A DNA stretch of 64,000 nt from Pseudomonadales bacterium (lineage in GTDB: Bacteria; Pseudomonadota; Gammaproteobacteria; Pseudomonadales; M0112): the NCBI GenBank assembly GCA_036568505.1, contig DATCSK010000010.1, positions 82,566 through 146,565 of the forward strand. Direction: 5' to 3'. The notes beneath the pieces were generated by a model. That model had not been told where the DNA came from. It made no database searches and saw only the letters and a program-made list of their open reading frames with translations. The translations under genes and the position numbers were made by a program. This document shows, piece after piece, positions 57,190-64,000 of the stretch (position 1 is the stretch's first letter; each line of letters begins with the position of its first letter).

Positions 57190-57972
57190 TTAACGGGGGC
57201 GTTTCACCAGTGATAGCAGGTACAGAAGCCCGGCGGTGGTGACGATCGTTGGCCCGGCGGGCGTGTCCAGCGGCAATGACGCGGCCAATCCGCCGCTGAC
57301 AGCAAGGCAGCCGGTGACCGAGGCCAGCAAGGCCATTTGCTCCGGTGAGCGCGAAAAGCCGCGTGCGGTTGCCGCAGGAATCACCAGTAAAGCCGTGATC
57401 AATAAAATACCGACCATTTTCATGGCCAGTGCAACGACCAGCGCAATCAAGGCCATTAAGGCGAGCTTGAGGCCGGTGGTGGGCACGCCTTCGGCGCGGG
57501 CCAAGTCTTCATGCACGGTCATGGCCAGCAAGGGCCGCCATAGACTGGCGACGGTCACCAATACCACGCCGGCACCGCCTGCAATCAGGTACACATCGGC
57601 GCGGCCGAGTGCCAGCAAATCACCAAACAGGTACGCCATCAAGTCGACGCGCTGGTTATCAAAAAAGCTGAGAATAACCAACCCTGCGGCCAAGCTGGTG
57701 TGGGCCAAAATACCCAGTAGCGTGTCGGTGGCAACCGTTTGCCGGTGTTGCAGACCGACCAGTGCAATGGCGAGCGCAAGACCGGCCACGGTGATCGCGA
57801 GTGCGGGGTGAATATCCAGCAGCAAACCCAGGCTGATGCCGAGCAGTGCGGAGTGCGCCAGCGTGTCACCAAAGTACGCCATGCGTCGCCACACCACGAA
57901 AGCACCCAAGGGGCCGCAGGCCATGGCCAGGGCCATGCCGGCTATCCAGGCATCCAGCAGCCAGTGATTCAT
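57190..57972 (-). CDS. znuB: zinc ABC transporter permease
   Basis: Start set at ATG 57972 (MNHWLLDAWIAGMALAMACGPLGAFVVWRRMAYFGDTLAHSAL...), overlapping the znuC stop (ATGA), giving 260 aa. The track ORF (345 aa) is an upstream extension. Confidence 0.92.
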   Translation of the reverse strand: MNHWLLDAWIAGMALAMACGPLGAFVVWRRMAYFGDTLAHSALLGISLGLLLDIHPALAITVAGLALAIALVGLQHRQTVATDTLLGILAHTSLAAGLVILSFFDNQRVDLMAYLFGDLLALGRADVYLIAGGAGVVLVTVASLWRPLLAMTVHEDLARAEGVPTTGLKLALMALIALVVALAMKMVGILLITALLVIPAATARGFSRSPEQMALLASVTGCLAVSGGLAASLPLDTPAGPTIVTTAGLLYLLSLVKRPR

Positions 57973-58739
57973 GAGTGATTGCATCCTGCGTGGTGTGAGT
58001 GTGCATCGGGCACGGTATCGCCATGCAGGTTGTGGTGGTGATCGTGGTGGTGGGTATAGACCCCAAGCCCCTCCAGCGCCGGCTCGCCGAATAATTCCAG
58101 ATACGCGGGGTTGGTGCTGACGGCGTCCGGCGTGCCTTCGCAGCAAATGTGCTGATTCAGGCAAATCACGCGATCGCTGCTGGCCATCACCAAGTGCAGG
58201 TCGTGAGAGACCAGCAATACGCCGCAATGCAGCTCGTCGCGCAGCTCGGCAATCAAGCGGTAAAACGCCGCCTGCCCTTTGATGTCGACGCCTTGAGCCG
58301 GCTCATCGAGCACCAGCAGGTTGGGCTTGCGCAGCAACGCGCGCGCCAGCAACACGCGCTGGAATTCGCCACCCGACAGTCCTTGCAAGGGGTGCGACAT
58401 CAAGGGCAGCGCACCGGTGCGTCGCAAGGCGTGATCAATGGCCGCGCTGTCGCGTGAAGTGAGTTGCATGAACCGCGATACCTGCAACGGCAAGTTCGGA
58501 TCCACATGAAAACGCTGGGGCATGTAACCCACGCGCAAATCGGCACGGCGATCGATGCGCCCTTCGGCGGGCGATAGCAGGCCGAGCAATAATTTGATGA
58601 GCGTGGTTTTGCCAGCCCCGTTGGGGCCGATGAGCGAGACGATTTCACCGGCGTGAATATCCAGATGAATGCGCTGAATCAGCGCCCTGCCCTGCTGCGC
58701 ATAGACCAGCTCATGAGCCGACACCAAGGCGTTATTCAT
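57969..58739 (-). CDS. znuC: zinc ABC transporter ATP-binding protein
   Basis: 256 aa with Walker A GPNGAGKTT, signature LSGGEFQR, and a His-rich tail YTHHHDHHHNLHG like E. coli ZnuC. Confidence 0.93.
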   Translation of the reverse strand: MNNALVSAHELVYAQQGRALIQRIHLDIHAGEIVSLIGPNGAGKTTLIKLLLGLLSPAEGRIDRRADLRVGYMPQRFHVDPNLPLQVSRFMQLTSRDSAAIDHALRRTGALPLMSHPLQGLSGGEFQRVLLARALLRKPNLLVLDEPAQGVDIKGQAAFYRLIAELRDELHCGVLLVSHDLHLVMASSDRVICLNQHICCEGTPDAVSTNPAYLELFGEPALEGLGVYTHHHDHHHNLHGDTVPDAHSHHAGCNHS

Positions 58740-59239
58740 GCCGTGGCTCCGGTCTGTTGGCGGCAGCGCGGGCAGATGCCCGGCACTTCCATGCGAAAGT
58801 CATCCGGGCTGAAGCCCTGATCGGCCAGATGCGGTTGGAGTGATTGGCGCACGGCATCGCCAGAGAGCTCCTGCACACGGCTGCACTGGCGGCAAATCAA
58901 AAACACCCCGTCATGGTGTTGCCCGGGGTGCGGGCAGCCGATATAGGCGTTCAAGCTGTCGAGCCGGTGCACCAGTCCGTGTTCGCGTAAAAAATCCAAT
59001 GCCCGGTACACCGTCGTGGGTGCCGGTTTGCGGCCGTTGCGGCCTGCGGGCAGTTGCTCCAGCAAGTCGTACGCACCCATCGGCTGGTGTGACTGCCACA
59101 CCAGTTTCAGCACCGTCTCGCGCTGCTCGGTCAGGCGCACGCCGTGCTGTTGGCAGAGTTTGCGTGCCTCGCGCAGGGCACCGTCAATGCATTGATGGTG
59201 GTTGTGCGTTTGGTAGGCCAGTGTGGACGAGGGGCTCAC
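58736..59239 (-). CDS. zur: zinc uptake regulator (Fur family)
   Basis: Start set at GTG 59239, preceded by AGGAAAG, giving 167 aa. Winged-helix (LTEQRETVLKLV...MGAYDLL...VYRALDFLREHGLVH) plus CxxC pairs (CRQC, CPRC). The track's longer start would run through the operator and the znuA start. Confidence 0.85.
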   Translation of the reverse strand: MSPSSTLAYQTHNHHQCIDGALREARKLCQQHGVRLTEQRETVLKLVWQSHQPMGAYDLLEQLPAGRNGRKPAPTTVYRALDFLREHGLVHRLDSLNAYIGCPHPGQHHDGVFLICRQCSRVQELSGDAVRQSLQPHLADQGFSPDDFRMEVPGICPRCRQQTGATA

Positions 59240-59259
59240 GGCTGCTTTCCTGCGGTTAT

Positions 59260-59278
59260 AATGTAACAATATAACATT
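59260..59278. promoter_or_regulatory. Zur box in the divergent zur-znuCB / znuA promoter region
   Basis: AATGTAACAATATAACATT resembles the gammaproteobacterial Zur operator AATGTTATAWTATAACATT. It overlaps a consensus -10 TATAAT (59257-59262) for znuA. Confidence 0.65.
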
Positions 59279-59297
59279 GCTTTGATGGAAATACCTT

Positions 59298-60149
59298 ATG
59301 CCCAAGTATTGGCTGTTGTTGTGCCTATTGGCATTGCCCGTGCACGCCGCACCGGTGCGCGTGCTGGCCAGTATTGATCCGCTGGCGCTGTTGGCGCGCG
59401 ATGTGGGCGGTGAACGCGTGCAGGTAAGCGTCTTGCTGCCGGCGGGCAGCTCACCCCACCACTTTGCCCTGCGCCCTTCTCAGCGCTCCCGTCTGGATGC
59501 TGCAGCATTGGTGTTTTGGGGCGGTCCGGCATTGGAGCGCCCGCTGAGCGCCCTGCTCGGCCAGCGTCCGGACGATACGGTGTTGGCGTTACAGCCCGAA
59601 GACACCGGTCATGAAAGCCATTTGTGGCTGAATCCTGTTCTGATGCGTGATGCGGCGGTTCGCTTGGCTGCGGCGTTGACGCGCCTGGACCCGGCTGGCG
59701 AAACGTATTACCAGCGGCGTTTGCAGCAGGTGCAGACCGCCTCTCGGGAAGGCGAATGGCGGTTGCAGCAAGCATTGGCGCCCTACTCGCAGACGCCGCT
59801 GTTGCTGGACCATGATTTTCTGGATGCCTTCTGGCCCGTGATGGGTTTGAAGCCGCCGTTGGTGATTCGACAGCACCCGGAAAGCCCGCCCGGGACCGCG
59901 CACGTCGCGGCATTGGCAGTGGTATTGGCCGAACAACCGGCGGTGTGCTATTTGCGCGAAGCAGGGGCACCGGTTGATGCTTTGGCGGCAGCAGTGACGC
60001 GCAATACCACGGTGGAAGCCGGCACGGTGAATGTTCTGGACGCGGGCCCCTATGCGACATACGACGCGTATCTGGATGCGTTGGGTCTCAGCGTGCGGGC
60101 CTGTTTGCAGGCCGCGCAAGCCCAAATAGCGAGCAAAAAAAAGCCGTGA
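59298..60149 (+). CDS. znuA: zinc ABC transporter substrate-binding protein (cluster A-I/TroA-like)
   Basis: 283 aa with a signal peptide (MPKYWLLLCLLALPVHAAP). Metal-ligand regions ...SPHHF..., ...HLWLNP... and ...DHDF.... Divergent from zur-znuCB. No long His-rich loop. Confidence 0.88.
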   Translation: MPKYWLLLCLLALPVHAAPVRVLASIDPLALLARDVGGERVQVSVLLPAGSSPHHFALRPSQRSRLDAAALVFWGGPALERPLSALLGQRPDDTVLALQPEDTGHESHLWLNPVLMRDAAVRLAAALTRLDPAGETYYQRRLQQVQTASREGEWRLQQALAPYSQTPLLLDHDFLDAFWPVMGLKPPLVIRQHPESPPGTAHVAALAVVLAEQPAVCYLREAGAPVDALAAAVTRNTTVEAGTVNVLDAGPYATYDAYLDALGLSVRACLQAAQAQIASKKKP

Positions 60150-60165
60150 CAGAAGATGTCACGGC
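60135..60165 (-). terminator. rho-independent terminator of the small secreted-protein gene (overlaps the znuA 3' end)
   Basis: GCCGTGAC-AGAAGAT-GTCACGGC (60143-60165). On the minus strand it is followed by T8 (60135-60142). It lies 21 nt downstream of the minus-strand stop at 60186. Confidence 0.75.
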
Positions 60166-60185
60166 GAAAGTTACAACACCAACAA

Positions 60186-60446
60186 TTACTGGATGGGGTT
60201 CGGTATGCGGCTCGCCAGTTCAAGGCTGATACGGTCGTCGAATAAATCCATGGCTTCGCCCCAGGCGGATTCAAAAGCCGAGAGTGTCTGCTCGTTAACA
60301 CCCTGCTCGCGATCCATCGTCATGGGCTGGTAGGCCGACTGACTGATCAGGCTTTGCAACGCTGCCGGAAAAATCGTGTTTTCATCAGCCAAAGCGGCTG
60401 CGTTAAAACCCAGAAACAGAACCGCGACTGCAATCAGCTGTTTCAT
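60186..60446 (-). CDS. small secreted hypothetical protein (86 aa)
   Basis: Start set at ATG 60446 with AAGGAG 7 nt upstream. MKQLIAVAVLFLGFNAAALA is a Sec signal peptide (AxA site). The mature part, about 66 aa, is acidic and lacks Cys and His. It has its own terminator. No family recognised. Confidence 0.6.
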   Translation of the reverse strand: MKQLIAVAVLFLGFNAAALADENTIFPAALQSLISQSAYQPMTMDREQGVNEQTLSAFESAWGEAMDLFDDRISLELASRIPNPIQ

Positions 60447-60494
60447 TGTCATCTCCTTGCCCGTATCGGGACTTTCCAATCAAGTGTTACCTTG

Positions 60495-60510
60495 TGTTAC
60501 ATATCGTAAC
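60495..60510. repeat. operator-like palindrome, copy 1 (TGTTACATATCGTAAC)
   Basis: GTTAC-ATATC-GTAAC inverted repeat. The 14-mer TGTTACATATCGTA recurs exactly at 60562-60575. Lies about 50 nt upstream of the small secreted-protein gene. Confidence 0.5.
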
Positions 60511-60561
60511 GATGCGTTTGGTGCCGCGCAACCTCTAAATGCAGCAAAACAGTGAATTTTT

Positions 60562-60575
60562 TGTTACATATCGTA
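60562..60575. repeat. operator-like motif, copy 2 (TGTTACATATCGTA)
   Basis: Exact 14-nt repeat of 60495-60508, 67 bp away. The right half-site is degenerate (GTATA). Confidence 0.5.
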
Positions 60576-60728
60576 TAGATAGCGTGGCATTGGCAAGTGT
60601 TACGACAAGAAACGCGAACCGGTTCACAAAAGGCCGTTGGCGAGCCGGTTCGGCGCCGGATAACAAAGCATGGTAAAGGGCGGCGGTCTGCGCAAAAATG
60701 CTGCGTCAATTATTGCGGGACGGGATGT

Positions 60729-63455
60729 ATGGCTGATAAACCGCTGGTGCTGGTAGACGGCTCCTCGTATTTGTATCGGGCATTTCATGCCTTGCCGCCG
60801 TTGGCCAACAGCAAGGGGCAGCCGACCGGTGCGGTAAAAGGCGTGGTGAGCATGCTGCGCCGATTGATCAAGGACTACCCCGGCAGCGTGATTGCGGTGG
60901 TGTTCGACGCACCCGGCAAAACCTTTCGTGACGGTATTTATCCGGAATACAAAGCGCACCGGCCGCCGATGCCGGATGATTTGCGCGTCCAGATCGGGCC
61001 GGTGCATGAGGCCGTGCACGCAATGGGCTTGCCGTTGCTGATGGTGCCCGAGGTCGAGGCCGATGACGTGATTGGCACGCTGGCCAATGAGGCCGCCGCG
61101 GCCGGGCAGCACGTGATCATCTCGACGGGCGACAAAGATCTGGCGCAGCTGGTCACGCCGCAGATCACGCTGGTGAATACCATGAGCAACACCGTGCTCG
61201 ACGTGGCCGGCGTTGAAGAAAAATTCGGTATTCCGCCATCGCTGATTGTTGATTATCTCGCCCTGATTGGCGATAAAGTCGACAACATCCCGGGAGTTCC
61301 TGGCATCGGTGAAAAAACCGCATTGGCGTTATTGCAGGGCGTCGGAGGGCTGGATGCGCTGTATGCCAATACCGATGCGATCGCCAGTCTGAGTGTGCGT
61401 GGTGCGGCTAAATTAGCTGAAAAACTCGAAAAAGAGCGCGAAAAAGCCTATTTATCACAGGATCTTGCCACGATCAGGGTTGACCTGACATTGCCGATGC
61501 ACGTGCCGGATTTGCATTTGGCGACGGCTGATAAAGAACGCCTGCTGGCGGTATTTCGCGAACAGGAGTTCAAATCCTGGGTGGCCGAGCTTGAAGCGGG
61601 CGAAGAGGGCGGGGCTGTCGAGGCAGAACCGGCTGCACCGGCGGTGGTGCGGCATTACGAAACCGTGCTCGATGCCGCCCGTTTTGCCGAATGGGTTCAA
61701 CGCCTGAGCCACGCCCCGGTGTTTGCCTTTGATACCGAAACAACCAGTCTGGATTACACCCGCGCTCGCGTGGTGGGCGTGTCGTTTGCAGTGACCGCAG
61801 GCGAGGCCGCCTACGTGCCGTTTGCGCATTGTTATCCCGGTGCACCCGATCAGCTGAGCGAAGACACCGTGCTCGGCACGCTGAAACCATTGTTGGAAGA
61901 TGCCGGCAAAGCGAAAGTCGGCCAACACTTGAAATACGATCGCAACGTGTTGGCCAATCACGGCATCACCTTGCGCGGTATCGCGCGCGACACCATGCTC
62001 GAATCCTACGTGCTCGACAGCACCGCGACACGGCATGACATGGACAGCCTCGCGCAGAAATACCTTGGCGAAGCAACCATCGCGTTTACGGACATTGCCG
62101 GCAAAGGCGCCAAGCAAATCAGTTTTGATCAAGTCGGTCTGGAAGAGGCCGGTCCGTATGCGGCCGAAGATGCCGACATTACCTTGCGGCTCGATCAAAC
62201 GCTGTGGGCGCAGCTGCAACAAACCCCTTCGCTAGCGACGGTGTTTAGCGACATTGAAATGCCGTTGGTGGAAGTGCTCTCGGACATTGAGCAAACCGGC
62301 ACGCTCATCGACGTGCAACAACTCAAGCAGCAAAGCCATCAACTGGCGGAGCGAATGATGGCGTTGGAGAGCGATGCGTATCGTTTGGCAGAAGGCCCGT
62401 TTAATTTGAGTTCACCGAAACAACTGGGCGAAATTTTATTCGAGCGCTTGCAGTTGCCGGTGAAAGCCAAAACACCCAAAGGCCAGCCGTCGACCGCCGA
62501 ACCGGTGCTCGCCGAATTGGCCGAAGAATACGAATTGCCGCGCGTGATCATGGAATACCGCAGCATGGCAAAATTGAAATCGACCTACACCGACAAGCTG
62601 CCTGAAATGGTGAACCCTAAAACGGGGCGCGTGCACACCTCGTATCATCAGGCAGTAACCGCGACCGGGCGCCTGTCATCGTCGGATCCGAATTTGCAAA
62701 ACATTCCGGTGCGCACCGAAGAGGGTCGCCGCATTCGCAAAGCATTCATTGCGCCACCCGGCCATGTTTTATTGGCAGCCGATTATTCGCAAATCGAATT
62801 GCGCATCATGGCGCATTTATCGGCGGATCCTGCTTTATTAAAAGCGTTTGCTGCCGGCGAAGACATTCACCGTGCAACGGCGGCGGAAGTGTTTGGCGTA
62901 GCATTGAATGAAGTCACATCCGATCAACGGCGCAGTGCCAAAGCGATTAATTTCGGTTTGATTTACGGCATGTCGGCGTTTGGTTTGGCCAAACAACTCG
63001 ATGTCAGCCGTACCGAAGCGCAGCAATACATGGACGTGTACTTCACGCGCTATCCGGGTGTGCAGCAGTACATGGACAACATTCGCGACAGCGCGAAAAA
63101 AACCGGGTATGTCGAAACCCTGTTTGGTCGCCGTTTGTATTTGCCCGAATTAAACGCGCGCAATCCGATGCAGCGGCAAGCCGCCGAGCGCACCGCGATT
63201 AACGCGCCGATGCAAGGCAGCGCGGCCGACATTATCAAGCGCGCCATGGTGACCATTCATCATTGGTTGAAAGACAGCGGCTTGCCCGCACGCATGGTGA
63301 TGCAAGTGCACGATGAGCTGGTGCTGGAAGTCGAGAAGGGCGCATTGAACGACGTGCGCGAAGGCGTGATCGCGCGCATGAGCGATGCCGCGTCACTGGC
63401 GGTGCCATTATTGGTTGAGGCCGGTGTGGGCGATAACTGGGATGAGGCGCATTAA
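60729..63455 (+). CDS. polA: DNA polymerase I
   Basis: Start set at ATG 60729 (MADKPLVLVDGSSYLYRAFHALPPL...), giving 908 aa. 5'-nuclease, 3'-5' exonuclease (FAFDTETTSLD) and polymerase motifs (DYSQIELR, QVHDELV). The track ORF adds 44 upstream codons. Confidence 0.96.
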   Translation: MADKPLVLVDGSSYLYRAFHALPPLANSKGQPTGAVKGVVSMLRRLIKDYPGSVIAVVFDAPGKTFRDGIYPEYKAHRPPMPDDLRVQIGPVHEAVHAMGLPLLMVPEVEADDVIGTLANEAAAAGQHVIISTGDKDLAQLVTPQITLVNTMSNTVLDVAGVEEKFGIPPSLIVDYLALIGDKVDNIPGVPGIGEKTALALLQGVGGLDALYANTDAIASLSVRGAAKLAEKLEKEREKAYLSQDLATIRVDLTLPMHVPDLHLATADKERLLAVFREQEFKSWVAELEAGEEGGAVEAEPAAPAVVRHYETVLDAARFAEWVQRLSHAPVFAFDTETTSLDYTRARVVGVSFAVTAGEAAYVPFAHCYPGAPDQLSEDTVLGTLKPLLEDAGKAKVGQHLKYDRNVLANHGITLRGIARDTMLESYVLDSTATRHDMDSLAQKYLGEATIAFTDIAGKGAKQISFDQVGLEEAGPYAAEDADITLRLDQTLWAQLQQTPSLATVFSDIEMPLVEVLSDIEQTGTLIDVQQLKQQSHQLAERMMALESDAYRLAEGPFNLSSPKQLGEILFERLQLPVKAKTPKGQPSTAEPVLAELAEEYELPRVIMEYRSMAKLKSTYTDKLPEMVNPKTGRVHTSYHQAVTATGRLSSSDPNLQNIPVRTEEGRRIRKAFIAPPGHVLLAADYSQIELRIMAHLSADPALLKAFAAGEDIHRATAAEVFGVALNEVTSDQRRSAKAINFGLIYGMSAFGLAKQLDVSRTEAQQYMDVYFTRYPGVQQYMDNIRDSAKKTGYVETLFGRRLYLPELNARNPMQRQAAERTAINAPMQGSAADIIKRAMVTIHHWLKDSGLPARMVMQVHDELVLEVEKGALNDVREGVIARMSDAASLAVPLLVEAGVGDNWDEAH

Positions 63456-63578
63456 AAAGTTAGCCGTGCCGGGAACTTTGTTGAAACACCGCAGTCTCAA
63501 GTCACAGTGGGCAAAACCACCGCCGGTGCAACTCCTGTTCCCCCAAGCGCACCGGTTGCTTGGCTGACCGTGTCAGTC

Positions 63579-63619
63579 ATCCCGCGCGCCGACAATCCCC
63601 CGGCCGCGGGATTTTTTTT
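63579..63619 (+). terminator. rho-independent terminator downstream of polA
   Basis: ATCCCGCG(CGCCG)...(CGGC)CGCGGGAT stem followed by T8 (63612-63619). It starts 124 nt after the polA stop and ends 5 nt from the engB stop. Confidence 0.7.
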
Positions 63620-63624
63620 GGGCG

Positions 63625-64000
63625 CTATTTATTAACAGGCACCGGTGGCGGCAGCCAGACATCCAACTGACTGGCCAACTCATCCACGCCGCTGTTCTTT
63701 AATGATGAAAACAATTGTGCGGTGACCAGTGAGCCGTGAATGGACACGTCCTTGCGCACGGCCTGCAGTGCATTGGCGGCAGCGCCACGGCTTAATTTAT
63801 CGGCCTTCGTCAGCAGCAGATGCACGGGCAGGGCAGCGCCGGCAGCAAAGCCCAGCATGGCGCGATCAAAATCCTGCAGCGGGTGGCGAATGTCCATCAC
63901 CAGCACCAGCGCCTTCAAATTGTCACGCTGCTCCAGATACGCTTGCAGGTGCTTTTGCCACTCGGCCTTGATGGTGTGTGACACCTTGGCATAACCGTAG
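63625..64000 (-). CDS. engB: ribosome biogenesis GTP-binding protein EngB/YihA, C-terminal part (N-terminus beyond right edge)
   Basis: The track ORF starts at an internal GTG. The frame stays open to 64000 and reads ...YGYAKVSHTIKAEWQ..., the DLPGYGYAKV (G3) region of EngB, followed by LLTKADKL (G4). Convergent with polA as in E. coli. Confidence 0.85.
   Translation of the reverse strand, partial: YGYAKVSHTIKAEWQKHLQAYLEQRDNLKALVLVMDIRHPLQDFDRAMLGFAAGAALPVHLLLTKADKLSRGAAANALQAVRKDVSIHGSLVTAQLFSSLKNSGVDELASQLDVWLPPPVPVNK

Noticed and set aside
60495-60575. Reading the TGTTACATATCGTAAC repeats as additional Zur boxes, because of their proximity to znuA
   Set aside because: The half-sites are spaced 2 nt wider than in the Zur consensus and in the bona fide site at 59260-59278. 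The right halves do not match TATAACA. I treat them as operators for an unknown factor instead.

Overview
Read by eye only, with no searches run. This is an origin-proximal core chromosome segment of a gammaproteobacterium. Gene order matches what I remember for Pseudomonas and relatives. On the minus strand: glmS-glmU, atpIBEFHAGDC, parAB, rsmG, mnmG, an AT-rich DnaA-box cluster (probable oriC), mnmE, yidC-yidD-rnpA-rpmH. On the plus strand: dnaA-dnaN-recF-gyrB. Next come a PlsC-family acyltransferase, gmhB, glyQS, an LpxL-family acyltransferase, trkHA, rsmB-fmt-def, a LysM (TsaP-like) protein, dprA, tsaC, hemF, moaB-mobA and aroE. After those: a membrane GGDEF cyclase coupled to yrdA, yheV, and a complete aa3 cytochrome c oxidase structural and assembly cluster (coxB-ctaD-ctaG-coxC, DUF2909, SURF1, a CxxxC protein, COX15, cyoE, SCO1). 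The window ends with a three-gene cyclic-nucleotide module (cNMP-binding protein, HD-GYP, GGDEF-EAL), zur-znuCB/znuA, a small secreted protein, polA and the 3' part of engB. Coding density is very high and nearly every ORF is a recognisable housekeeping gene. I saw no tRNA or rRNA genes, CRISPR arrays, transposases, integrases or defence-island content. Many track ORFs are the longest ATG/GTG/TTG frames, so I re-set starts by alignment to remembered orthologue N-termini and Shine-Dalgarno inspection. rpmH (46 aa) and two edge-truncated genes are missing from the track and were added by hand translation. I did not find a convincing large undescribed system. The best candidate is the cNMP-binding / degenerate HD-GYP (FD-GYP) / degenerate-GGDEF + intact-EAL operon at 54.0-57.1 kb. 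Smaller points are a duplicated operator-like 14-mer upstream of an unknown secreted protein next to the znu locus, an extra SCO-like CxxxC protein in the cox cluster, and the placement of the DnaA-box cluster at mnmG-mnmE rather than rpmH-dnaA.
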